64,000 bases of DNA from Candidatus Bathyarchaeia archaeon (GTDB taxonomy: Archaea > Thermoproteota > CALKCG01 > B24), in the NCBI GenBank assembly GCA_038870975.1, contig JAVZJD010000002.1, forward strand, positions 96,001-160,000, written 5' to 3'. The position numbers and the translations under genes were made by a program. Numbering within the stretch: the stretch's first letter is position 1; each line of letters starts with the position of its first letter. The notes under the pieces were generated by a model, which had not been told where the DNA came from, ran no database searches, and saw only the letters and a list, made by a program, of their open reading frames with translations. Positions 40,130-49,743 of this stretch are shown piece by piece.

Positions 40130-40330
40130 TTGGCTAAGTGTCCTGGTTGTGGCTTTGAAGTAGAGTCTTCGAAAGAGTGGACTTATGGTCCTAAGGGTCG
40201 TAAAGGTCCAACGTTTCAAGTGCAGGCCTTTAAATGCCCCAGCTGCGGCTTACAATTCCGAAACTACCTTCAAGAAGGCCGGGTTAAATTCACCCTGGCT
40301 TTAAGAGAGGGCAACTTTAGAAAAGTATAG
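40130..40330 (+). CDS. Cren7-like small chromatin protein with zinc-ribbon cysteines
   Basis: KEWTYGPKGRKG...FKCPSCG..FR resembles Cren7 W.LAPKGRKG..LF.DP..G.YFR; two CxxC; TATA-like TTTTAAATA upstream. Confidence 0.65.
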   Translation: MAKCPGCGFEVESSKEWTYGPKGRKGPTFQVQAFKCPSCGLQFRNYLQEGRVKFTLALREGNFRKV

Positions 40331-40442
40331 CTTCCTCCCTTTGACGTATAACTGAGCAATTCATTCAGTAATCTAGAAGCCTATTGGAAATGTGTACGCA
40401 AGAATACTACTTAACTACCCCTAACTGCTACTTTTCATTTGA

Positions 40443-40479
40443 AATTGATCGATCTGTTTTTAAGCGGCTACGATCAATT
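40443..40479 (+). promoter_or_regulatory. TATA box flanked by a 9-bp inverted repeat (putative operator)
   Basis: AATTGATCG (40443-51) ... TTTTTAAG ... CGATCAATT (40471-79), ending 15 nt before ATG at 40495. Confidence 0.65.
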
Positions 40480-40494
40480 CTATTTTTGAGGTTT

Positions 40495-40698
40495 ATGTCC
40501 CGACGTCGTTATTCTAAGCCTGCCCGTGAGATCGTACTGGATTTTCTGAGGAGCGCCAGTAGACCTGTTGGATTAGGCGAGATCGTCAAGAGCACGGGCA
40601 TAGCGTACAATACTGTTAGAGGTCGTCTCTACGAGCTTAAGAAGAAGGGGCTTGTGAAGAGAACATCTGATGGATGGGTTGAAGTGAATGCGCCATGA
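40495..40698 (+). CDS. Small winged-helix regulator (controller-like) upstream of the DNA MTase
   Basis: MSRRRYSKPAREIVLDFL...LGEIVKSTGIAYNTVRGRLYELKKKGLV; ATG 40495 preferred over the ORF-track start; ATGA overlap with the MTase. Confidence 0.8.
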   Translation: MSRRRYSKPAREIVLDFLRSASRPVGLGEIVKSTGIAYNTVRGRLYELKKKGLVKRTSDGWVEVNAP

Positions 40699-41696
40699 GT
40701 TTTGCAATCACCAACGAGAGGAAGAGTAAGTACATCCCGATGAGACTCGTCACGCTGGAGGAGTATTTAGAGTACGTTAAAAGCCATAGCGTCGTACGCA
40801 TAGAGGATGAAGAAATAGCCATAGGAAGGCCGTATAGGATTGAGAAGTATCAGCCCGATGAATTCACCCTTGAAAAGACGACTGTATGGTCTTTCCCAGA
40901 TAGGGGCGACTGGGCTACGCATAGAGGCGACTACAGGGGTAATTGGGCTCCTCAGATAGCTAGAAACCTCATCCTACGCTATAGTAAGCCTGGCGAACTA
41001 GTCTTAGACCAGATGTGTGGAGGAGGAACAACACTGGTGGAGTGTAAGCTTCTAAGCCGTAATGCCATAGGCGTAGATATAAACTATGAAGCCGTCATAC
41101 TAAGCCTCGACAGGCTGAACTTCACGTACAGACCCCTAGACCAGGACTATAGAGAGCCCGACGTAAAGGTATACCATGGGGATGCTAGAAACCTAAATCT
41201 GATCGAAGACGAATCTGTAGACTTGATAGCTACCCATCCACCATATGCAAACATAATCCCATACAGTAAGAGCAGGAGGGTGGAGGGCGACCTATCACAG
41301 GTCTACAGCCTAGAGGAGTACCTGGAGGGTATGCGTGAAATAGCCATGGAAAGCTTCAGAGTTTTAAAGCCTGGAAGATTCTGCGCCATACTGATAGGCG
41401 ACACCAGGAAGCATAGACACTACGTTCCAATAGCCTTCAGAGTCATGCAGCAGTTTCTAGACGTAGGATTCATACTGAGGGAGGACATAATCAAAGTCCA
41501 ATGGCATACTAAGACGACTGGTAGGAAGTGGGCTGGCCTAGCTAAGACGGCTGAAGAATGCTGGGTTGAAAAGCCGCAGGACAAACGCTACTGGACGGAC
41601 TTCTACCTGATCAGCCACGAACACCTATTCGTATTTAGAAAGCCGAGTAGCGGCGAAGAAAACGAAGAGTATAGGGATAGTATGAAGTGGTGGTAA
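40695..41696 (+). CDS. Amino (N4-C/N6-A) DNA methyltransferase
   Basis: DQMCGGGTT SAM motif, GDAR, ATHPPY catalytic motif, LKPG..CAILIGD, HEHLFVFRK. Confidence 0.85.
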   Translation: MSFAITNERKSKYIPMRLVTLEEYLEYVKSHSVVRIEDEEIAIGRPYRIEKYQPDEFTLEKTTVWSFPDRGDWATHRGDYRGNWAPQIARNLILRYSKPGELVLDQMCGGGTTLVECKLLSRNAIGVDINYEAVILSLDRLNFTYRPLDQDYREPDVKVYHGDARNLNLIEDESVDLIATHPPYANIIPYSKSRRVEGDLSQVYSLEEYLEGMREIAMESFRVLKPGRFCAILIGDTRKHRHYVPIAFRVMQQFLDVGFILREDIIKVQWHTKTTGRKWAGLAKTAEECWVEKPQDKRYWTDFYLISHEHLFVFRKPSSGEENEEYRDSMKWW

Positions 41697-42340
41697 ATAT
41701 CGTGAGAATGCGTAGGGAGCCCAGCTGGCTTAAGTATAAAGTTCTCGTGGATAAGGCCATAGTTGAAGAGAACTACATCGATGGAACCGAGGCTGTTGTC
41801 GACCCCCTACCGCATCCAGACGACGTAAGGACTATTCTAGAACAGCATTTCAAAGTTCACAGCAATAGGAGCTTCAGAGTGATACTGGTCGAAGACTATG
41901 CGGATTACAAAGTGTTCATTCAGATACCTGATGGAAAGTCTGAGTACGACTTCTACGTTTGGCGTGCCATATTTGAACGTGGGAAACCTGTAGATGTGAA
42001 GGTTCCGACGCACGACGACTTAGCCGTCTTCTTCATAGAGCTTAAATCCAAACACGAAGACTTAGAGGAGTACCTGATAAATGCCGTTGTAAAACTGATC
42101 CACCACAACTACAGATGGGGAGTCCCTAGGATAGTCTCAAAGTACTTTAACAACCTCAACGATGAGCTGAAGGGTGAAGTTGGAAAATTCCTATCGACGC
42201 TTAAATGGATAGCGCTCCAAGAAGATATAAACTACCCGCCTAAAGAGAGGAAGATAGGCTCCAAGTATACTCTAGCGGTCTACGCTCTACTAGAGGCAGG
42301 ATTCACAATGAGCGAGATAAGAAGAGTCATCAGATTCTAA
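41687..42340 (+). CDS. Hypothetical protein (candidate endonuclease subunit), paralogue of 42396-42950
   Basis: Overlaps the MTase; KSEYDFYV, PTH, LKWIALQEDINY motifs. Confidence 0.7.
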   Translation: MVVNIVRMRREPSWLKYKVLVDKAIVEENYIDGTEAVVDPLPHPDDVRTILEQHFKVHSNRSFRVILVEDYADYKVFIQIPDGKSEYDFYVWRAIFERGKPVDVKVPTHDDLAVFFIELKSKHEDLEEYLINAVVKLIHHNYRWGVPRIVSKYFNNLNDELKGEVGKFLSTLKWIALQEDINYPPKERKIGSKYTLAVYALLEAGFTMSEIRRVIRF

Positions 42341-42395
42341 ACCCGTCAGATAGAGCTGAAGCAACATATGAACAGTTGAAGGAGGATGTAAACAT

Positions 42396-42950
42396 ATGGT
42401 TAGAAGCGTTGCAATCGGACAGATGGTAGGAGGTAAAAAAGTTCTAGCTGCTGTAAATTTATCGAACGGTTGGCAAGTGGTTAAGACAGAAGACAAAAAA
42501 TCCCCACGAGATTTCAAAGTTAAGGTAATAAACCCTCAGCATCCAAAAGGACTGACGGTTAAACATGCTCACTTCGCCATCGACTTTTACGGAAAACTCT
42601 GTCAAGATGAGGAAAAGGCTATTAAAGTGCTCGAAGCAATCGGCGAAGTATGGCGTGGAAGAAGCGTAAAAGATGTAGTAGAGGAATATGAGCCGCAAAT
42701 CCAGGAGCTATCTGGCTATCCCTTAGAATACATACTACATGCTCTAAATTGGATATTAGAACAAGAGGATATCAATTTCAAAGGGCGCTCTGAAGAAAAG
42801 CAGAAAGAGATTGATGAAAAAATAAAGAAGTTAGGCATTGAGCCTCCGAAGGATAGAAAGGGAAGCCAGCTTGAAATAGCCCTCCTCTGCGATATAGCCA
42901 GCGGTACACATCCTGTTGAAGCTTTCTATAGGGCGGGATTAAAAATCTAA
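42396..42950 (+). CDS. Hypothetical protein (candidate endonuclease subunit), paralogue of 41687-42340
   Basis: KSPRDFKV, VKH, LNWILEQEDINF motifs; GGAGG RBS upstream. Confidence 0.7.
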   Translation: MVRSVAIGQMVGGKKVLAAVNLSNGWQVVKTEDKKSPRDFKVKVINPQHPKGLTVKHAHFAIDFYGKLCQDEEKAIKVLEAIGEVWRGRSVKDVVEEYEPQIQELSGYPLEYILHALNWILEQEDINFKGRSEEKQKEIDEKIKKLGIEPPKDRKGSQLEIALLCDIASGTHPVEAFYRAGLKI

Positions 42951-43087
42951 CTGCAATTTCAGCGTCAGCATGTGCTACACGTCTAGATACTGCGAGTAGC
43001 CCACCATGCACTTAGAGTTAGCAGATTCTTTAGACGGCCAAACACAACATAGTGGATGTAGAAAATGAGGAAAGGTATATATGACTT

Positions 43088-45133
43088 TTGCGAGGAATGA
43101 AATATCTGGTTAATATGGGTAAAGAAGTTACTGAAGAAAAGATCACAGTTAAAACATTGGTTTGGGTGGCTGTTTTAAGCGTTGCCGTGGCGTTTTTCTG
43201 GAATTTTTTCGAAGCTCTTTTACCGCCTTTGGCTCGGTGTACTCAGAGGGTTAATGCTTTACTTACACCGGTAGACTTTGTAGGCGGTCCGTTCGTCGCC
43301 TTCTTGATTGTTATGGTTCTTCAGTATTTCCAGCCTCTGCGGAAATATCTTAGTAGAACGAACCTAGCGTATCTCAGCATCGCTATGATAACTGTGTCGT
43401 TCTATACGCATTTTGCAACAATAGAGACTAGGAATACGTGTTTCCTCTTGGCTAGACCTTTGATTCCGGAATCTGTTGGTAGATACGTACCATGGTTTGT
43501 ATCGCTTCCATCAGAAGTTGCTGAACTGCTCATCAGAGGTACGGGTAATCTAGGGGTTCTACCATGGGATGTTTTGCTTCCGGCGATTCTATGGAGGTTC
43601 CTACTAATCGCTCTTTTTGCTGGTGTTGGTATAAGCGTAGTCAACATCTTCCGCCGTAGTTGGATAGATGTCGAAAAACTCCCATTCCCATACGTCGACG
43701 TAGTCCAGACTTGTCTAATAAACGTCGAAGGCATGATGAAGAAAGAATGGCCATCTAAGACGCGTTTCCTTATTGGGATGCTTGTCGGGTTTTTACTCGG
43801 CATACCTTTAAGTGGTGCAACACTTTTCCCATGGTTTCCAGACCTCTACATGTGGCGTACGGATACATGCCCTCCAGGGTCTCACTGGGTAACTCCCGCA
43901 GATGTGCCGTGGCACTTAGGTATTGGTAAGCATCCACTCATGTATCCGATAATGCTTCTAACGCCTATCCACGCTCTATTTAGCATACTGTTCTACACAC
44001 TTGTCATGGAAATAGCGCTTTTCATAGCCTACTATGGCTTCGGCTATTACACGGGTATGCTTGGATCAGGCTTCTGTGGAAGAAACTGGTGTACAGGTCC
44101 AACCGTTGCACCACCGCTTTACCTTTTCACGGTATGCTCTGGTGCTGCACTCGGCTTCTTCATAATAACTGTACTATTAGAGCGACGCTATATCGTGGAA
44201 ACTTTGAGGCTTGCCTTTAGAAGAACTGATGTTAAGGTCGAAGCTGGTGAACCCATGAGCTACAGATATTCTTGGATAATGCTTATGGCGTTCTCTGTAT
44301 TGGTTATAGTGTTCTTTATGTATACTGGGTTGAGCCCATGGCTTTCCTTTGTAGTATTGGTTTCAACCATCATAATATGGTTCACTTTGACGCCTATATG
44401 GGGTCGAACGTTTATCACATTACAACCGTGCTACTGGCTTTCCCCAGCTATGATAAGGCTCATGGCATATCCAACATGGTACTTACCAGAGATAACATCG
44501 ACCGATTTAATACTTGTACCTCTTTTAAGTGCGGAATGGATCGGGCATACTGCAGGTGGAGGCTATGAAGGCGGAGGAGGCTTCGGCACGCCGTTCTTCG
44601 TATCTGCCTCGACTTATAGGATTGCCAGCCTCAACAGTATACATCCGAGGAACGCGTTGAAAATCATGGTTGTTTCAATGCTTATAGCATCGTTCATCAC
44701 GTGCTTCAACCAAGTGGCTATTCCAGGCCTATTCGGACATGCAACATTAGGCTACAATCTGTGGGACTATTCACAGGAGCCTGAATGGCATTTCTGGACA
44801 ATACCGTACAATGGGCCGATGGTCGAGGGATGGCTTCATCTAAGCGTCGGCTTCATCCTAATGGTTGTAGGAAGATACTTATACACGAGGTTCCTATGGA
44901 TGCCAGATCCATTGCTAGCGTTAGTTGCATGGAGCTGGGAAATATCCATTGACGGATTTTGGCTTGCATGTCTAGTAGCATGGATAGTGAAGTCCGCAAT
45001 ACTAAGGATAGGCGGAAGCAAACTCTACGAAGAATGGGTTGTACCATTCGTTGGAGGCTTCACACTAGGATATGCTTTAGAAGTCCTAATAACAGCATCA
45101 ACAAGCTTCATACTATTCCCACGTATACTTTAA
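43088..45133 (+). CDS. Multi-pass membrane protein, OPT/DUF6785-like putative peptide transporter
   Basis: Many TM helices; RRSWIDVEKLPFP, EPMSYR, W.VK..ILRIGG.KLY...PF.GGF.LG. Confidence 0.75.
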   Translation: MRGMKYLVNMGKEVTEEKITVKTLVWVAVLSVAVAFFWNFFEALLPPLARCTQRVNALLTPVDFVGGPFVAFLIVMVLQYFQPLRKYLSRTNLAYLSIAMITVSFYTHFATIETRNTCFLLARPLIPESVGRYVPWFVSLPSEVAELLIRGTGNLGVLPWDVLLPAILWRFLLIALFAGVGISVVNIFRRSWIDVEKLPFPYVDVVQTCLINVEGMMKKEWPSKTRFLIGMLVGFLLGIPLSGATLFPWFPDLYMWRTDTCPPGSHWVTPADVPWHLGIGKHPLMYPIMLLTPIHALFSILFYTLVMEIALFIAYYGFGYYTGMLGSGFCGRNWCTGPTVAPPLYLFTVCSGAALGFFIITVLLERRYIVETLRLAFRRTDVKVEAGEPMSYRYSWIMLMAFSVLVIVFFMYTGLSPWLSFVVLVSTIIIWFTLTPIWGRTFITLQPCYWLSPAMIRLMAYPTWYLPEITSTDLILVPLLSAEWIGHTAGGGYEGGGGFGTPFFVSASTYRIASLNSIHPRNALKIMVVSMLIASFITCFNQVAIPGLFGHATLGYNLWDYSQEPEWHFWTIPYNGPMVEGWLHLSVGFILMVVGRYLYTRFLWMPDPLLALVAWSWEISIDGFWLACLVAWIVKSAILRIGGSKLYEEWVVPFVGGFTLGYALEVLITASTSFILFPRIL

Positions 45134-45222
45134 GCATCCCTTGTTTTTTATGGAAGATTTTTGATGTGTTTAAATGTGACCTCTATTTTCTTTTTCCTTT
45201 TTATTAGTTAAGGAGGAGGAAC

Positions 45223-45495
45223 TTAGTAGGGAACGAAGAATCCAAGATTTAACTCTGCCCCTCCGAAAAGCCCTATTGTAACGAGCCCTGCTATAAATCC
45301 TGTTGCTATTGGTACGTCAACATTCTTATAGAGTTTGGCTCCTCCTATTTTGAGAGCCAAGTGCTTTGACACCCATGCTACGAAGAACATTATCCATATA
45401 CCTGTCAATATATCCCACCCCTCCGTTGCTATAAACAGGCTGAGAGGTTCTAATGGGAACCATAGGAACTTAGCATGTAAGTAACTTAACATCAA
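45223..45495 (-). pseudogene. C-terminal fragment of a paralogous OPT/DUF6784-like membrane protein
   Basis: KFLWFPLEP...AWVSKHLALKIGGAKLY...PIATGF aligns with the C-terminus of 43088-45133. Confidence 0.7.
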
Positions 45496-45768
45496 AGCTG
45501 CTATGAAAACAGTTGCGGCTGAATTATCTAAGGCTCTGGTGCAGGGTCTAGTCTAGCATCTTCCATATTTGCCCATTCATTTATATAAGATGCATTTATC
45601 CATGAAGCTGTTCCAAGCAACCTAGAGTGCATAAACGCATAAGATAAACATTATTTACTATAAAAGGGCTATGGTTGAGACAGCTGAAATAGTTACTCTA
45701 TGCTCTCAGAGCTCATACCTAAATTGAGCTTCACGGAAAGAGGGCATAACTGCCTTACGGATTTAAAT

Positions 45769-45834
45769 TTAGCGTAGAAGCACTCTTCACTGTAGTAGTG
45801 CTCGACTGGATTGCAAGTCCAGCTCAGCGTGAAG
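45769..45834 (-). repeat. Inverted copy of the 39880-39945 segment
   Basis: See 39880-39945. Confidence 0.8.
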
Positions 45835-46585
45835 TCTACGTCTACGCTCACCACTTCCATCAGTAAAGCCTTCACGTACACCAGTATTGGGCTGAATCGC
45901 TATCAAAATGGGCGACACCCAACATACATTGGAAAACCTTAATCTTTTAAAATTTGAACTCTTCCAAATTTGCTTTATTCCGAGTGTTTTGAATATACGC
46001 TCTATGGGGGAGCCCTATTTAGCAATATCCATGTTTGAAAGGGGTCCTATTAGGTAGTGTATGAGTCATGGGAAGTCTACTCCGTATAATGAGTAGGCTA
46101 AGACTTGACTTAAACCTTCAAAGTACTGAAACTTCTTCACAACCATTATCTTAAGCTTTGTGATTTCTTCCATCACAGAAACCACATACAGATCACCTGT
46201 CCAGCGGATTCTTGGGTAAAAGTTTGGCGATGTTTTAAAATTTTGTTAAAGCTACTATTATGTTGCAACCTTTATATTCATTACTATGTCTTTAAAGAAT
46301 TTTTCACAGTCTTCAATATATGGTTCTCATCTTAGTGCATTAAGCTACAGTTGACGCATCTCTATTCGCTCTTAATTATCTTGTAGTTCCCTCCTAGGGG
46401 AAACGGCAGGAGCTTATATGTTTTAACGTTTCCATCCTTTTAGCGTAGCTTGAGTATGACTACATTGCTGTATTTGGCCATAAGTGTGCGAAGACCTCTT
46501 CAAGCTTCTCGGTCTCATCTCTACCGGAAACGGTCACACGAACCATTACACTACTATTTAAGGCTTCTATCTAAAGCTGGACGTT

Positions 46586-47001
46586 TTACAGTTCTCGCGG
46601 GTCGATTCTTTTTATCCCCGGTATGGTGTCGAACACTGTGTCTGTTGAGATTATTGTGTGGTCTGGGACTTGGTTGAGGGCTGTGGCAGCGTAGTATGCG
46701 TCGAATATCGAGCTTATTCCATACTGTCTTACTAGTGCTAGCGCTAGAAGGTCTATTTCACATGTGGTTTCTAGGAAGACTAGGTTCTCTATCGCGGTTA
46801 AAGCGGCGAATCTAGCGATCAGTTCATCGACAGAGACTCCCTCTTCTCTTGAAACGTAGTATATTTCGTGGAGGCTTTCTCTTGAAGCGTAAACGGTGCC
46901 AAGCCTCCCCTCGCGGTCTGCAATATAACTTTATCTGCGGTCGGCTTTAGCCAATCCTCTCTTTTGATGTAAGCGTATAGAATGTCTGTTTCAACAATCA
47001 A
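46586..47001 (-). pseudogene. VapC/PIN toxin with a single frameshift
   Basis: MIVETDILYAY... shifts at ~46905 into RLGTVYASRESLHEIYY...SIFDAYYAATAL...IISTDTVFD.IPGIKRIDPREL*. Confidence 0.8.
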
Positions 47002-47249
47002 AGTTGCTTTCTCCTCTTTGCTCGTTTAACAGCATCTTCTCTAGCGCCTCTCTCAGCTAAAGCTTTCAATTCTCTCCTATCTTTTTCCGTGTCCAACCAG
47101 TCCCCCGCCTTCTCATGAGGTGTTTTCGGAAGTGGAACTGCGATGAAAAAAGAACCTGCTGGTATAATAATGGCTCTGGTTTTCCTGACCCCCAGCTCCT
47201 TAGGGATAGTCATCCTCCCCCTTTCATCGACTTTGACTACAACCATCAA
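46998..47249 (-). CDS. AbrB/MazE-family antitoxin
   Basis: VKVDERGRMTIPKEL; overlaps the PIN start. Confidence 0.85.
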   Translation of the reverse strand: MMVVVKVDERGRMTIPKELGVRKTRAIIIPAGSFFIAVPLPKTPHEKAGDWLDTEKDRRELKALAERGAREDAVKRAKRRKQL

Positions 47250-47386
47250 ATATTCCCCCTAATCGCAATTTAACCCACAAATATAAATTTTCCCCAAAGC
47301 CTTCAAAGGGATAGAGCCACCAACAGCCACAGGATCTACAGCAAAGTCTTAAGAGGGGTAGCTTTAAACTCTCTACTACGTGAGGT

Positions 47387-47665
47387 TTGAACAACAACCT
47401 AATGGAAAGAAAACAGGGGACGATAAGAGACAGGGAAAAAGTAATGAAGGGGCTAAAAACCACTGAAACACCAATCATTCCAATGAAAAACATTTACTAC
47501 GACTTCATAAGACCTCATATAGCTTTAAACGGCAAAACACCAGCAGAAAAGGCAGGGGTGAAGGATTGGGTCAAAACAAATGGTTAAGTCTGATAGAAAG
47601 AAGTTTGAGAATCACCAAACAAAATTTGACACACCATTCTTGACAAACCTAAATTTGACAGAACC
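47387..47665 (+). mobile_element. IS6-like DDE transposase C-terminal remnant with candidate right end
   Basis: NNNLMER.QGTIRDREKVMKGLK...YYDFIRPH.ALNGKTPAEKAG; ends in TTTGACAGAACC (reverse complement GGTTCTGTCAAA). Confidence 0.7.
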
Positions 47666-48184
47666 TTTTCCTTATGACGTCTTAGGAAGATCGTCTCCAT
47701 TTGACGTCAGATTTATTTTCAGAACAATCAACACAGTGTGGGATCGTTTGGAGTCTTTTCCCTCATGAGCGCCCAACGGTTCAATTTCTGCAATAATCTT
47801 CGTTCTATCGGGAGCGTCTAGACATCTGTCACAGTCCACACGTCAGTAAACCCGCCTTTAAGAATCTTGAAGTCATAGCTTACGGAGTTGAATCGCACAT
47901 GGAAGGTGAGCATTCGAACTCATAAAATTGACTTTTACTCGTCTCTCACCGGGATTGGCCATATTATTGGGAACCACCAGAAGAAGGGCCAGATGATCAA
48001 TCTCACTGATGATATTGAATCATTGGAAACATGATAAGATTAAATGTTTACTTATCCAATAAACACTTGTTAAGTCTTATTGTTGAAAGACGTCCTCTCT
48101 CCATCTTAGATCGCGATTCAACTATTTTCCATTAAGAGTTATAGGTTTACGTGCTGGAAATATTTTTAAAGGAGGCGAGTAGGT

Positions 48185-48925
48185 TTGCAGTGGTATTCTA
48201 GGGGGAGATCCCTCATAAATCCTAAACACTTTGCGTTAAAGGAACTGGGTTTTCTAAAGCTTGGAGTAATCGTTTTCATTAAACGAGTTTATGAGTGGAT
48301 GAGAACGACCGCTGGAGATGTTACTATTGAGAAGCATGATTTTCTCGGTGCACGGAGTTTTTTCGCTATTAGGGATGGGCTTGGCGTCTTCCATTCATAT
48401 TTTGGCGCTCCCGCTAGTGTTCTACTTGCCGAAGCATTGATAATCAGCGGAGTTAAAAGGCTTGTCGTATTCGGCGAGGCTGGAGCTATACATCCAAAGA
48501 TGAGAATTGGAGATATACTTATCCCAACGTTTGCAGTAAGAGAGGAGGGGACCAGTTATCATTATCTACCTTATGGTATATCAGCTGGTCCGTCGCAGAA
48601 ACTCCTAAGAAAGTTGAAGCATCTACTTGATAAAACGGGTTTTACGTATGAGGAGGGTGGTATTTGGACTACTGACGCACCATTAAGAGAGACGCGTCAA
48701 AAAGTCTTAACGTATGGGGGTCTTGGAGTACTTGCTGTTGACATGGAGTGTTCGGCATTATTTGCCGTTTCAAAGTATAGGCGGGTGGAGTGTGTAGCTA
48801 TGCTTACAATAAGTGATGAATTGTATGGGCGGGTGTGGAAACAGGGCTTCGATAGCGAAAAGCTTATAGATGTGGAGAAGAAATTGGTGGATGTTTTAAT
48901 GGGAAATTGGCATGGGCTACTTTAA
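48185..48925 (+). CDS. Nucleoside phosphorylase (PNP/UDP family)
   Basis: GAP, G.AG, AVREEGTSYHY, WTTDA..RET, VDMECSA, ISD. Confidence 0.88.
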   Translation: MQWYSRGRSLINPKHFALKELGFLKLGVIVFIKRVYEWMRTTAGDVTIEKHDFLGARSFFAIRDGLGVFHSYFGAPASVLLAEALIISGVKRLVVFGEAGAIHPKMRIGDILIPTFAVREEGTSYHYLPYGISAGPSQKLLRKLKHLLDKTGFTYEEGGIWTTDAPLRETRQKVLTYGGLGVLAVDMECSALFAVSKYRRVECVAMLTISDELYGRVWKQGFDSEKLIDVEKKLVDVLMGNWHGLL

Positions 48926-48959
48926 AATATGCTTCAACCGTTATTAGAGTTATGTGAGA

Positions 48960-49743
48960 ATGAAGGTTTACGACAACCCTCTTTATTATGAAGTGGCCTT
49001 CAGCTTCTTCAACCCGAAGAAGCAGGTTGATCATTTTGAGGATATCATCAGAAGATTTAGTAGGATGAAGTTGAAAGATTTCTGGATATTGCCTGCGGAC
49101 CTAGTTTACAGTTGATGGAGCTCGCTCGGAGAGGTTATGAAGCTGTAGGTCTTGATAAACGCAGGAGGATGCTTCAATACCTTCAGAGTAAGGCTAGAGA
49201 AGAGGGTTTAAGGATTGAAACTGTTCAAGCCGACATGACCAGATTCAGGTTGAGGAGGAAAGCCGACTTCGCCTTTATAATGATGGGTTCTTTCAGCTTC
49301 AAATCCAACGAAGACTTGTTGAAGCATTTGAATTCTGTTGCAAATTCGTTGAATAGTGGAGGCTTATACTTCATACAGAATTTTGGGGTAAACTGGAAGG
49401 TGGATTGGACAAAGGTTCAAAGGCAGACTTGGGAGATGGAGAAAAATGGTGTAAAAGTCGAAGCAACATATGAAATAGTTGTAAAAACGTAGTCAACCAG
49501 ACAATTATGGAGAAGATAATACTCGAAGTCGATGATAGAGGCAAGAAGAGAACATTAATGCAAGAAGAAGAGCTTAAACTAGTCTTTCCTCAGGAGTTTA
49601 AGCTACTCGTTAAGATGAATGGTAGGTTTGAATTCCTCGGATGGTGGAAAGGCGACGTAGATGAGTGGTATTTAGATCAGCCGCTGGAGACGGTTTGCGA
49701 CGAAAACATCAATATAAACATGGTGCTATTAAGGAGAAAGTGA
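48960..49743 (+). pseudogene. Class I SAM-dependent methyltransferase, two frameshifts
   Basis: MKVYDNPLYYEVAF... / FLDIACGP...LARRGY..VGLD...ADM..F / ...FPQEF; frameshifts near 49070 and 49490. Confidence 0.8.

Noticed and set aside
40384-40494. ORF-track N-terminal extension of the HTH protein
   Set aside because: It spans the TATA box and operator; ATG 40495 fits better
48960-49743. Programmed frameshifting in the SAM methyltransferase
   Set aside because: Two separate shifts within a decaying island; pseudogenisation or sequence error is more likely
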